Source: Candidatus Uhrbacteria bacterium
Lineage (GTDB): Bacteria; Patescibacteriota; Patescibacteriia; UBA9934
Assembly (NCBI GenBank): GCA_963822405.1
Contig: CAWGHH010000004.1
Location: 6,226 to 70,225 of the forward strand
Direction: 5' to 3'
Length of the DNA: 64,000 nucleotides
Below, one piece after another: positions 29,189-38,035 of this stretch. The position numbers were made by a program, and so were the translations under genes. The notes under the pieces were generated by a model. That model saw only the letters and a program-made list of their open reading frames with translations, made no database searches and was not told the DNA's origin. Each line of letters starts with the position of its first letter. The first letter of the stretch is position 1.

Positions 29189-31879
29189 TGGTTTTGTAAA
29201 TGCTTTCAATGCCTGGCCAGCAATCTCTTGATGAGTGTTAGCGTCCAGGAATCCTACATGCCAACCATCTGCTCCTTGCACTGGAACCACAATTATATTT
29301 CCCTTTGCCTCATCAGTCAGCCACGTTTTCAAAAGTCCGTCATTTTTCGCCATCGTCTTGGACAACCTGCTCGCAAAAAGATGGAATGACATTGGATCGC
29401 CAGAATCAACATATCCATACTGTTTCGGGTTCTGTTCGATCACCCGAACAAGCGCCTGTGTGATACCGTCACCGGATTTAACAGTTCCAGCAGCGAGATC
29501 GGCAGGTGTGAATTCAGATATGGACACTTCAGACATCGGAATCTCAACATGCGCTTCCGGCAATGTGGATCCGATCGTCTCGTGTGCGTTATGCTCACCA
29601 AAAGTCTGCACTCCCCCACCAACCTCACCATGCCTCACAAGCTCGTGCATCACATGGACATCATCATGTGCGGTATAAGCCTTGAGTGCGTCACTTATGC
29701 GATCGTGAAGTTCCACAGAAGTCATCGTTTCCATACTCGGCATGTACTCCCAAAGCTCACGTGATGCGTAGGCGAACGAAGCAACCCGCAATACTTTTCC
29801 CAGCGTCATCAAACCAGCATAAACTTTTTCTCTAGTAGTTTCACCATTCCATGTCTTCGCCGCCTCACGGAATTCATGCGTAATAATTTTCTGAATGTGT
29901 TCGGAAGCCGAAGTCTCTGAAGGTGCGTCTTTCGCAACTTCCCGATAACGTCTTGAAAGTGAGAATCCGGCATAAATAGGCGCCCTGAGCACGTGTGCCC
30001 CCGTCACCGCCAAAATGCTGTTAGCTGCCTCTCTGCCAACGTCAGTACGAGTAATTCTGGAAGTTACTGCATCAGACAAAAGCTTAGCTACAGACTTCGC
30101 CTGAGCGGTATCTATCTTTGCACGCGTTTCTTCCTGAGTGACAGTTCGACGCATTATTTCACCAAGAAGTTTAGCCTTATCTTTTGGCGATAAATATCTA
30201 GACGCGCTTACCCGTTCCGCCATTCGTCTAACGTTGTCTTGATACGAAGCGTAGCCAGCCTCCTCAACACGCCTCGCTCCTCCTTCAACCACCGGCGAGA
30301 GTACCGCCTCTAAATCCGCACGCTCGTGCTTGGTATAAATCGACTGCGTTGTGTATCCAATAACTTCTGGACCAAATTGAACTCCGCCGTAACTCATGGC
30401 TGTACGCAATATGGACGCCGAAAAACTAGCAGCAATTCCAATTTTAGTACGCTCACGTCGCTCACCCAGTTCTTCCTTCGTCTTCTCACCACGAATGTGA
30501 TACGCAATTGATTCTTCAAGCTGCTCGTTGCCGCGATTCCAAATATAAGAAAGTCCCCGACGGAGATGCTCGCCGTAACCCACGTCTTTTTTCTCAATTC
30601 GTTCGGCCGCGGGGATTGCTATCTGCGACAGATCCAAAGAAGAAGCTTCTGGTGTTTTTTCTGCCAATTGATCAATTGGGATTAGTTCTGGCGTCTTCGC
30701 AACTCGCCCCTTAGCAAGTCCACGAACTGGAATTTCTCTTGGTTTGGCTAACTTTTCTCTTATAGAAAATGTCTCATCAACCGGAGTCTTCTCAATAGCT
30801 TTGGTCGGTTTGCGGGTAGGCGTCAGTATAGACCTACGTTTTGACTTCGGTTTTAACTTTGGTTCAGGCTTCTCGGTGCGAACAGGCGCCACATCAGGCG
30901 TCGTCTTTTCTCGGTTAGAGGTATCTGGCTCCTGTCGTACAGCCTCCAAAATATTATCCTCAAGATGCCAATACAACTCTATGTCTCGTTCAATTTTTTT
31001 CGCCTCTTCAATAAGAGATCTGCTCATTCCAGAATGATCGGTATAACTCCGGCGTGCAGCGCCAAACGTGTTCGTAATAGCGTTTAGGCGCCTTCTAATC
31101 TCCGCCTTCTGTGGTTGTTTTACCGCCAACAACACGTCAACCGCCTTAAGCATCTCCTTCAGTTTTGAAAGCTGCGAATTAAATAAGCGGTCAGCCTCAG
31201 GTTCTAATTCTGTTTTCTCTGACTCGATGTCATCAAACTCCTGATCTCCCTGCGCCGTCTCATTTTTGTGAAAGTTCAATCCGTTCAATCGACTAACTAT
31301 TCGATTGAGACGCTCAGATTCAGCTGTATTTCTTTTGGCTCGAATTTCGAAACGTAACTTCTGAATATCAAACGGCAAGGTTGGATGATATTCAATTCCA
31401 TCTTGCACCATCTGCTCTAAAATATTTGCCCGCTTCTCAATAGCAACTATATCCTTCTCACCCTCAGAAACTAAAACCTCCTCCGGCGAAGTAGCCAGAT
31501 CCTTCAAACGATCAAAGTCAGAAAAAAACTGTTCAGCCATTTCTGGCTTGAGCATCTGCAAAACGTCCTCACGAGAACGTACACCTTGAGCTAAACCGTT
31601 AACTTGATATTCAAACTCATTCGGATCGATCTTTCTGCCATCTGCATCTCTAGATTTCCAGAATTTTTGACTCGACAAATCTTCATACAGTGTCTGAAAC
31701 TCGGACTCTTGCTTAGGAGCTTCCGCTACTTCGGCTCCCTGTAAATTACGCAAACTTTCAAGATCGGCCTCGTATTTTTCTTCGTTAATAACAAAATCAG
31801 CAGAACGCTTGTATTCTCTATCGTCAGCAAGCATCCGACGAATTCCTTCTTTGCCAGTATTTTTTCGAGGTTTCCCCAT
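29174..31879 (-). CDS. Large (901 aa) highly charged hypothetical protein, no recognisable domains
   Basis: Long uninterrupted ORF with a Lys/Glu/Arg-rich N-terminal two thirds and no TM. Directly downstream of the 31882..32322 ORF, with a 2-nt gap. Confidence 0.7.
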   Translation of the reverse strand: MGKPRKNTGKEGIRRMLADDREYKRSADFVINEEKYEADLESLRNLQGAEVAEAPKQESEFQTLYEDLSSQKFWKSRDADGRKIDPNEFEYQVNGLAQGVRSREDVLQMLKPEMAEQFFSDFDRLKDLATSPEEVLVSEGEKDIVAIEKRANILEQMVQDGIEYHPTLPFDIQKLRFEIRAKRNTAESERLNRIVSRLNGLNFHKNETAQGDQEFDDIESEKTELEPEADRLFNSQLSKLKEMLKAVDVLLAVKQPQKAEIRRRLNAITNTFGAARRSYTDHSGMSRSLIEEAKKIERDIELYWHLEDNILEAVRQEPDTSNREKTTPDVAPVRTEKPEPKLKPKSKRRSILTPTRKPTKAIEKTPVDETFSIREKLAKPREIPVRGLAKGRVAKTPELIPIDQLAEKTPEASSLDLSQIAIPAAERIEKKDVGYGEHLRRGLSYIWNRGNEQLEESIAYHIRGEKTKEELGERRERTKIGIAASFSASILRTAMSYGGVQFGPEVIGYTTQSIYTKHERADLEAVLSPVVEGGARRVEEAGYASYQDNVRRMAERVSASRYLSPKDKAKLLGEIMRRTVTQEETRAKIDTAQAKSVAKLLSDAVTSRITRTDVGREAANSILAVTGAHVLRAPIYAGFSLSRRYREVAKDAPSETSASEHIQKIITHEFREAAKTWNGETTREKVYAGLMTLGKVLRVASFAYASRELWEYMPSMETMTSVELHDRISDALKAYTAHDDVHVMHELVRHGEVGGGVQTFGEHNAHETIGSTLPEAHVEIPMSEVSISEFTPADLAAGTVKSGDGITQALVRVIEQNPKQYGYVDSGDPMSFHLFASRLSKTMAKNDGLLKTWLTDEAKGNIIVVPVQGADGWHVGFLDANTHQEIAGQALKAFTKPEPRH

Positions 31880-31881
31880 AA

Positions 31882-32322
31882 CTATTCAGTTCTTGGAGCG
31901 CTCTCAAGGGAATCAATCTCTTGTTCTATCTTTGCTAAAGCTTTATTAGCATCGGCCTGGTTGTGGGCATGCGCAAACTGACGCTTCATCTCTTCTGCCT
32001 TCATCGCCAAAATCACATCTTCTGCCTCGTCAAAAATCTGTCTCTCCATGTGGGAAAGCAACATATCCCTGAACTTCCCTATCTGCTCTACTGTCATAAA
32101 CGGCACAAGTTCCGCCCAAGCCCGTTTCTCTTCATCTGCCAGCGGACAATCCAAAAGAAGCTGCGCCAGATCTTCTCCGAGCGCCCGAGCATCTTGAGTA
32201 ATTTTGCGCATTGAATCTGTCTGCGCGTGAGCATGCACCATAGCCTCTCCATTGTACCGCAGTTTTACTCCACACCGCCTCCCCTTTACGGGATAAGCTG
32301 ACCGCGCTATGTTTGAATTCAC
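31882..32322 (-). CDS. Hypothetical protein (ORF as tracked; the real start is probably the internal Met near 32241, since the tracked start abuts the divergent relA start)
   Basis: 146-aa ORF, helical and charged. Co-directional with and adjacent to the 901-aa ORF. Confidence 0.5.
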   Translation of the reverse strand: MNSNIARSAYPVKGRRCGVKLRYNGEAMVHAHAQTDSMRKITQDARALGEDLAQLLLDCPLADEEKRAWAELVPFMTVEQIGKFRDMLLSHMERQIFDEAEDVILAMKAEEMKRQFAHAHNQADANKALAKIEQEIDSLESAPRTE

Positions 32323-32325
32323 GAT

Positions 32326-33804
32326 ATGCCCGAATTAGAATTTTCAACTCTACACGCCGCGCTTGATGATCGGTACTCCGCAGCGGACATTAAATTAATC
32401 GAACACGCTTTTGCGTATGCAAAAATGGCCCATACAGGCCAGGCTCGGCACACTGGCGAGCCGTACTTTGCGCACTGTGCAAACGTTGGCCTTAAGCTCG
32501 CCAACCTAAAATTGCCAAGCGAGGTTATCGCCGCCGGACTGTTGCACGACGTACCGGAGGATACCGAAAAAACACTCGATGACCTTGAGATGGAGTTTGG
32601 TGCAGACATTAGAAGCATGGTCGGCGCTATCACTAAACTCGGAAAAGTGAAATACAGAGGCGAAGAACGCTACGCTGAAAACCTCCGCAAAATGTTCGTG
32701 GCGATGGCGGAAGACGTGCGCGTAATTTTTATTAAGTTCGCTGATAGACTGCATAACCTTGAAACACTTTACGCACTCCCGGAAGCTAAACGACAACGTA
32801 TTGCCAAAGAGGTCCTGGAAATTTACGCGCCGATTGCCAATCGTTTAGGCATGGGTGAATACCGCGGAGAGTTTGAAGATTACGCTTTTAAGTACCTTGA
32901 ACCAAAAGAGTACAGCTGGACTCAGCATCTTCTGGAAGAACGCGTCAAAAAGTTTGGCCCCGCGCTTGATCGAGCGTTACATGATGTTGCGCTCGAACTC
33001 AACAAACACGGCATCACTGGCGCTAATGTTCATGGTCGAGTCAAACACGCCTACAGTCTGCACCGCAAACTAGATCGCTATAAACAAGACATCGGCAAAG
33101 TTTACGACATCGTTGCCCTTCGGGTGGTAGTCAAAGATATTCCCGAGTGTTACGCGGTACTTGGTATTCTTCACGGCATGTACACCCCGCTACCTGGACG
33201 CATTAAAGACTACATCGCCCAACCAAAACCAAACGGCTATCAGTCACTTCACACTACAGTTTTTGACCATGAAGGCTCTATTCTCGAGTTTCAGATTCGA
33301 ACCGTTCAGATGCACGAAGAAAATGAATACGGAGTCGCCGCTCACTGGAAATATAAAGAGGGCGATGACGTGAAAGCCCGCCAAGTTCACTGGATGGAAG
33401 AACTCGCCGCCATTCAAAAAGAATTGTCCGCTAGTGACTTCATGAAACATCTAAACGATCTCAAGTTGGACATGTTTAGAGATCGCATTTTCGTCTTTAC
33501 TCCCCGCGGCGACGTGCTCGATCTCCCCGAGGAATCAACCCCCGTCGACCTCGCGTATTCTGTGCATTCCGAAATCGGCAACAAAGCCGTGCAAGCTCGC
33601 ATCAACGGCGAGATCGCTTCCCTTTCTACTCCCCTCAAATCCGGCGACCTTTGCGAAATCATCACCGACAAAAACCGAAAATATCCAAACGAGGACTGGT
33701 TAAAGTTTGTAAAAACAAGACACGCGAGAGATAAAATAAAAGACGCGCTCAAAGATTCCAAGACGGGCATTATTTCGTCACTTATTAAAAAATATCGAGG
33801 CTAA
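32326..33804 (+). CDS. Bifunctional (p)ppGpp synthetase/hydrolase, short RelA/SpoT homolog (HD + synthetase + TGS, no ACT)
   Basis: 492 aa. HD motif HTGQARHTGEPYFAHCANV...LLHDVPEDT, synthetase YQSLHTTV, TGS domain IFVFTPRGDVLDLP. Confidence 0.9.
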   Translation: MPELEFSTLHAALDDRYSAADIKLIEHAFAYAKMAHTGQARHTGEPYFAHCANVGLKLANLKLPSEVIAAGLLHDVPEDTEKTLDDLEMEFGADIRSMVGAITKLGKVKYRGEERYAENLRKMFVAMAEDVRVIFIKFADRLHNLETLYALPEAKRQRIAKEVLEIYAPIANRLGMGEYRGEFEDYAFKYLEPKEYSWTQHLLEERVKKFGPALDRALHDVALELNKHGITGANVHGRVKHAYSLHRKLDRYKQDIGKVYDIVALRVVVKDIPECYAVLGILHGMYTPLPGRIKDYIAQPKPNGYQSLHTTVFDHEGSILEFQIRTVQMHEENEYGVAAHWKYKEGDDVKARQVHWMEELAAIQKELSASDFMKHLNDLKLDMFRDRIFVFTPRGDVLDLPEESTPVDLAYSVHSEIGNKAVQARINGEIASLSTPLKSGDLCEIITDKNRKYPNEDWLKFVKTRHARDKIKDALKDSKTGIISSLIKKYRG

Positions 33805-33836
33805 TAGAAAAACCGCACCTCCCTTGCGGCTCTTCG

Positions 33837-34083
33837 TTAAGAGTTGCAGGTGATGCGGTTTAGTCGCGCGTGATTCCGTGGTTGCTCGGGAGGCCCACGC
33901 AGGTGATTGATCCAACCGATGCAGGAACCATCCAAAGCGCCCTGATGCAATCCATCACGCCACGCACTGTCTTCGATGACTGGAATCTCGAACCACTTAA
34001 AGTAGAGAACCGTGAGAGCGACTCCGGCTACGAACCCTCCCGTAAAAACGAACAGGATTGGAAGCCAGAAGGGGAAAGACATG
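33837..34083 (-). CDS. Small (82 aa) membrane protein, hypothetical
   Basis: ATG at 34083 preceded by GGAGG. TM WLPILFVFTGGFVAGVALTVLYF. Driven by a perfect consensus promoter. Confidence 0.55.
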
Positions 34084-34107
34084 GAACCTCCAGGTGAACT
34101 ATCCGTT

Positions 34108-34138
34108 ATATTATAGCAGAAAAATGGGCTTTTGTCAA
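34108..34138 (-). promoter_or_regulatory. Consensus sigma70 promoter, TTGACA-N17-TATAAT (module A of three near-identical copies)
   Basis: Minus strand: TTGACA (34138..34133), 17 nt, TATAAT (34115..34110). About 20 nt upstream of the GGAGG-ATG of the 82-aa ORF. Confidence 0.7.
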
Positions 34139-34392
34139 TCATAAAATACCAAAAAGAGGCTAATATAAGCAGTAAAGTTTCCGGCATAGCCGGACCCGGT
34201 TCCGCCGGGAAAAAGGTTAAAAATGCTGAAAAGTAATAATCTGATGGTTCAGACACTTTTTCAACTTTCTTGGCTTTTTTGACTCAAAAAAACAAAAGCG
34301 CACCTGGAGGCGGATGGCTTCTGGAAGCATTTCTGCTTCTCGCCACCCGCGCAGATGCGCGAGATCAGCTTTCGATCATTCAAGAGAATCGT

Positions 34393-34650
34393 TCACGTTC
34401 GGTGTCGCACCTCATTCCAGCCATCCTGCGGCCAGCGGTCATTCAGTTTGGCGATATGGTCGATCGACAACGTCGCCGCCCCACCGCCGACTCCGATGCC
34501 ATTGAAGAAAACGGACGCACAGTGCTCGCACTCGACACCGTTGCTCCACGCCAGAACGTGACGCGTCGTTCCCTCCCAGATCAGAAAGGAACACTCCCGC
34601 ACACGGAGAGCGCTCAGAACGTCGGCAAAAGTGGACACGTCTCCTCCAGA
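34393..34650 (-). CDS. Small GC-rich hypothetical ORF (start uncertain; GTG after GGAGG near 34650)
   Basis: Minus-strand ORF downstream of promoter module B. Local GC content is well above the window average. No recognisable domain. Confidence 0.3.
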   Translation of the reverse strand, partial: SGGDVSTFADVLSALRVRECSFLIWEGTTRHVLAWSNGVECEHCASVFFNGIGVGGGAATLSIDHIAKLNDRWPQDGWNEVRHRT

Positions 34651-34693
34651 AGTTGCATTACATGCAACGGGTTGTTTGGTTTTAGAACAACAC

Positions 34694-34722
34694 AGGATAA
34701 CACAAAAAATCACCTTTGTCAA
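34694..34722 (-). promoter_or_regulatory. sigma70-like promoter, module B (TTGACA-N17-TATCCT) sharing the upstream AGAGGCTAATAT element
   Basis: Minus strand TTGACA at 34722..34717. Sequence is collinear with modules A and C across about 50 nt. Confidence 0.5.
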
Positions 34723-34810
34723 TGGTTTTATACAAAAAAGAGGCTAATATGAGCCTCTTTCAGGGTGAGCTCGCTTCCCCCTTTTAGGGGGATTAAAGGG
34801 GGTCGATGGT

Positions 34811-35719
34811 TCACTCCTTCGCAAGCCTCTCCACAAGCGCCTTCAAATCTTCTTTAGCGTAAAAATAAATTGAAATCTTGCCCCCGCTGTTTTGCATGTC
34901 GATAGTGACTTTGGTGCCGAATTTTTCGCGGAGTTCCATTTCTAAGGCACCAATATTGGGATCGCGGGCGTAGCGGGCGCGGTTGCGAGCGGAACCGGCG
35001 CGGGCTTCAACCTCACGAACAGTAACGCCGCCCTTAAGCAGATCCTGGAAAATGGCTTGGCGACGAGAAAGCACAGGCTCGGCTAGAAGAGTCCTGGCGT
35101 GGCTCTTCATGATTCGGCCGTCGATCAACGCTTGGAGCATCTCTTCGTCGAGCTCGAGCAAACGTAGAGCGTTAGCAACGGCTGGACGGCTTTTGCCTAC
35201 TCGCTTAGCCACGTCTTCCTGTCGCAAATCGAATTCTTCGATCAGGGCACGGTATGCCTGCGCCTCTTCAACGGCGTTAAGATCAGAACGCTGGATGTTT
35301 TCAATCAAGGCCAACTCGAGTTTCTTTCTGTCGTCCTCCATTGGTCTGATGACCACAGGAATCTTATCAAGGCCAAGACCTCGAGAAGCGCGCAGACGAC
35401 GCTCGCCGGCAATCAGTTCATACTTGCCCGGCGAAATTTCCGAAACGATTAGTGGCTGGAGGATTCCATGTTCGGCAATGCTCGCCTCAAGCTCAGCAAG
35501 TTCTTCTGGGGCGAAATTTCTGCGAGGCTGGCGGGGATTATTAACAATGTCCTTTGGGGACACCTGCTTAATACGGAGATCGCCCTCATTAACCACATCA
35601 ATCGGCTCTGGGGCAAAGACAGCGGCTTCCGCGCTCACCTGCACAGGCGCAAGCATAGCTGACGGCGAAGACAACAGTGATCCAAGCCCTCTGCCCAATC
35701 CTCCTTTTTGTTTCTGCAT
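34811..35719 (-). CDS. parB: Chromosome partitioning protein ParB/Spo0J
   Basis: 302 aa. GLGRGLGSLL N-terminus and ParB box KYELIAGERRLRAS, with an HTH. Confidence 0.93.
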   Translation of the reverse strand: MQKQKGGLGRGLGSLLSSPSAMLAPVQVSAEAAVFAPEPIDVVNEGDLRIKQVSPKDIVNNPRQPRRNFAPEELAELEASIAEHGILQPLIVSEISPGKYELIAGERRLRASRGLGLDKIPVVIRPMEDDRKKLELALIENIQRSDLNAVEEAQAYRALIEEFDLRQEDVAKRVGKSRPAVANALRLLELDEEMLQALIDGRIMKSHARTLLAEPVLSRRQAIFQDLLKGGVTVREVEARAGSARNRARYARDPNIGALEMELREKFGTKVTIDMQNSGGKISIYFYAKEDLKALVERLAKE

Positions 35720-35722
35720 ATA

Positions 35723-36490
35723 TTAATCAATCTTTTCACGTTCCAAAAACTCCCGAGCTAATCGCTCATAAGCTTTAGCCGCTTTGCTAGCTGGATCGTA
35801 ATGAATGATGGACTTACCATAACTTGGCGCCTCAGCTAGGCGAATACTTCTAGGAATAACTGAACGGAAAATCTTGCCCGGGAAGTGTTTGTAAAGCTCC
35901 TGCAGAACCTGATTAGCAAGATTAGTACGTGGATCAAACATGGTAATCACCGCCCCCATCACTAGAAGCTCTGGCTTAATGTTTGTCTTTACCAGGTTAA
36001 CGGTTTGCAATAATTGACCAAGTCCTTCAAGGGCGTAATACTCGGCCTGTACTGGAACAAGCACGCTGTCGCTGGCCACTAAACCATTAATCGTCAATAA
36101 ACCGAGTGAAGGTGGATTATCAATAAACACGTAATCATAATCCTGTTTTACAGAATCAATTGCTTGCTGAAGTTTTCGTTCTCTATTAAATTCGTTCACC
36201 AGTTCAACCTGTGAACCAGCTAAATCAGCGTTAGCTGGCAGTAAGAATAAATTTGCGTGAGCAGTGGGGATAATTACTTCTGAAGCCTGTTTTTCCCCAG
36301 CCAAAACCTCATAAGAACCCTGGAGCTCTGACGGCTGGTGGCCAAGACCACTGGTTGCATTGCCCTGCGGGTCAAGGTCAACAAGTAGAATTTTTTTACC
36401 AAAGTCAGCCAAGAAAGCCGCCAAGTTCATGCTTGTCGTGGTCTTTCCTACCCCTCCCTTTTGGTTAACAATAGATACAACGTGGGCCAT
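35723..36490 (-). CDS. parA: Chromosome partitioning ATPase ParA/Soj (start placed at MAHVVSIVNQKGGVGKTT; the tracked ORF extends into tRNA-Leu)
   Basis: Deviant Walker A KGGVGKTT at residues 11-18 from the chosen start. Confidence 0.9.
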   Translation of the reverse strand: MAHVVSIVNQKGGVGKTTTSMNLAAFLADFGKKILLVDLDPQGNATSGLGHQPSELQGSYEVLAGEKQASEVIIPTAHANLFLLPANADLAGSQVELVNEFNRERKLQQAIDSVKQDYDYVFIDNPPSLGLLTINGLVASDSVLVPVQAEYYALEGLGQLLQTVNLVKTNIKPELLVMGAVITMFDPRTNLANQVLQELYKHFPGKIFRSVIPRSIRLAEAPSYGKSIIHYDPASKAAKAYERLAREFLEREKID

Positions 36491-36554
36491 AGTCGTGGAT
36501 ATTCTAACATACTTTGCCTTTTTACTAAGTTCTGCTACCATATGTCCCATCTGT

Positions 36555-36640
36555 GCCACGGTGGCGGAATGGTATACGCGACGGACTCAAAATCCGTTTC
36601 TCGTAAGGGATTGAGGGTTCGAGTCCCTCCCGTGGTACCA
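36555..36640 (+). tRNA. tRNA-Leu (anticodon CAA), long variable arm, encoded CCA
   Basis: Acceptor gccacgg/ccgtggt, anticodon loop cuCAAaa, extra arm, T-arm gagggttcgagtccctc, 86 nt. Confidence 0.85.
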
Positions 36641-36656
36641 CAGATGGTGTAAATTT

Positions 36657-36733
36657 GGCCGGGTAGCTCAGTCGGTTAGAGCGAAGGACTCATAAGCCTT
36701 AGGTCGTGGGTTCGATTCCCACCCCGGCCACCA
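36657..36733 (+). tRNA. tRNA-Met or tRNA-Ile2 (anticodon CAT), elongator type
   Basis: Acceptor ggccggg/cccggcc with a paired 1-72 base pair, D-arm gctcagtcggttagagc, anticodon loop cuCAUaa, T-arm gtgggttcgattcccac, CCA encoded. Confidence 0.85.
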
Positions 36734-36744
36734 TAAAGAAAACC

Positions 36745-36847
36745 CCATTAAATTCGCCCTGGCGGTGTCGTCTCCTGCGCCCCGGTCTCGCCGTACCATT
36801 AAGTACGTCTCGACCAGTGCTCGTCGACTCCTAGCCAGGACAAATTT
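36745..36847 (+). other. About 100-nt structured spacer between two tRNAs (closing helix ccattaaatt...aatttaatgg, internal GC-rich helices); unassigned, possibly a small RNA or processing element
   Basis: Inverted repeats ccattaaattcgccctggc / gccaggacaaatttaatgg enclose about 65 nt containing further local hairpins (ccgtac-cattaa-gtacg). No coding potential that does not overlap tRNAs. Confidence 0.3.
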
Positions 36848-36917
36848 AATGGAGTTTTCAATTAGCGAATAAGCACTGGCAACTTGCATTTTTCAGTACT
36901 CCCTGCTATCATTTTGT

Positions 36918-36995
36918 CGCGGGATAGAGCAGCCAGGCAGCTCGTCGGGCTCATAACCCGGAGGTCGTCGGTTCAAATCCGACTCCCGCAACCAA
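36918..36995 (+). tRNA. Initiator tRNA-fMet (anticodon CAT)
   Basis: C1-A72 mismatch at the acceptor end (cgcggga/tcccgca) and three consecutive G-C pairs closing the anticodon stem (ggg...ccc), which are the bacterial initiator hallmarks. CCA encoded. Confidence 0.85.
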
Positions 36996-36999
36996 AAAG

Positions 37000-37026
37000 C
37001 ACTCATCCTCGGATGAGCGTTTTTTG
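37000..37026 (+). terminator. Rho-independent terminator after the tRNA cluster
   Basis: gcactcatc-ctcg-gatgagcg followed by TTTTTT. Confidence 0.7.
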
Positions 37027-37079
37027 ATTGTGCATTTTATTGCCTATCGCCTGAAAAAGTGCTATCCTCTGTGGCATCT

Positions 37080-37560
37080 ATGACCTTAACTACTCACGTA
37101 GCGATTGGTGCAGGAATTGGCGTACTTGTTGGGAATCCAGAGCTTGGATTCGTCCTTGGCCTCGTTTCTCACTTCATGGTAGACATGATTCCGCATGGCG
37201 ATACTTTGCTGGCGGATAGGTTTTATATCCACAAGGAACGCCTGGTTCCAGTGGCCTATACCACCACTAAACGCCGCTCTTTCAGTCATCCTGCTCATGT
37301 TCCTAGTCACCATTAAACCAGACGGTGTGCATAACTCCGCTTTTGCCGCTACAGTAGTTGGCAGCGTTCTTCCAGATCTTCTCCTTGGCGTTGCTGATAT
37401 CTTCAAAAAGAGCAAAATCCTCCGCTCTTACTATCGTTTCCATTTCTTCTTTCATGACTACTTTTCTCGCCAGTATGGAGACGTGAGCTTGAAATATGCC
37501 ATTGCCGCTCAAGCCGCGTTCGTCTTCATTGTTGTGAAACTTATCGAACGGATAGCGTAA
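37080..37560 (+). CDS. Membrane-bound metal-dependent hydrolase-like protein (DUF457/YdjM-like), apparently frameshifted near 37245-37260
   Basis: Two overlapping ORFs in different frames: N-terminal part ...HVAIGAGIGVLVG...SHFMVDMIPHGD...FYIHKERLVP, and C-terminal part PLNAALSVILLMFLV...VGSVLPDLLLG... Together they form one approximately 160-aa polytopic protein. Confidence 0.45.
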
Positions 37561-38035
37561 CAAGGAGAACAATTAGCTGCCCCGTCAACGCGCCAAAAAT
37601 AATACTGGGAGCTGCCAGCTTAAAAGGAATCTTGAAAATTACTGCCGCCGCACTAGCAGACCAAACTCCGGTCAACGGAATCGGTAAAGCAGCAAAGACA
37701 AAAAGCACCACTGCGCCATATTGGGCATAGTGGTGTTTTGTTTTCCGCTCAACATCGGCCAAAAAATGATCAAGTGGTTTTACTAATCTTGGTGCTCTTG
37801 TGGCAAGCAGCACTCGAAGAGATTCAAGACCAAAAAATAAGGGAAAGAAAATCAAGGCTGAACCCAAGGTCGCGGCCAGATAAGTTTCAAGCAGGGAAAG
37901 ATGAAGCGTCTTCAGGCCAATAATAATGGCCAGCTTATACTCAGTTACCGGTGCCATAGACAAAACCGCCACCTTAAGCCACCCAGGTGTGCCACCAAGC
38001 ATCATTAATATCCACTGTGCTAAGGCTTCGGCCAT
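37541..38035 (-). CDS. Polytopic membrane protein (small multidrug-export-like / COG2426-like), hypothetical
   Basis: 164 aa with four or five TM segments. Confidence 0.5.
   Translation of the reverse strand: MAEALAQWILMMLGGTPGWLKVAVLSMAPVTEYKLAIIIGLKTLHLSLLETYLAATLGSALIFFPLFFGLESLRVLLATRAPRLVKPLDHFLADVERKTKHHYAQYGAVVLFVFAALPIPLTGVWSASAAAVIFKIPFKLAAPSIIFGALTGQLIVLLVTLSVR

Noticed and set aside
34270-34752. 160-aa plus-strand ORF in the GC-rich islet
   Set aside because: No promoter or RBS on the plus strand, whereas the minus strand carries the conserved promoter module. It is probably a GC-driven open frame.
36745-36847. SRP (4.5S) RNA hypothesis for the inter-tRNA structured element
   Set aside because: Neither strand has the GGAA/GNRA tetraloop or the conserved AGCAGC / CAGG domain-IV motifs. 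Left unassigned.
36668-36889. 73-aa minus-strand ORF
   Set aside because: Overlaps tRNA-Met and the structured inter-tRNA spacer. Spurious.
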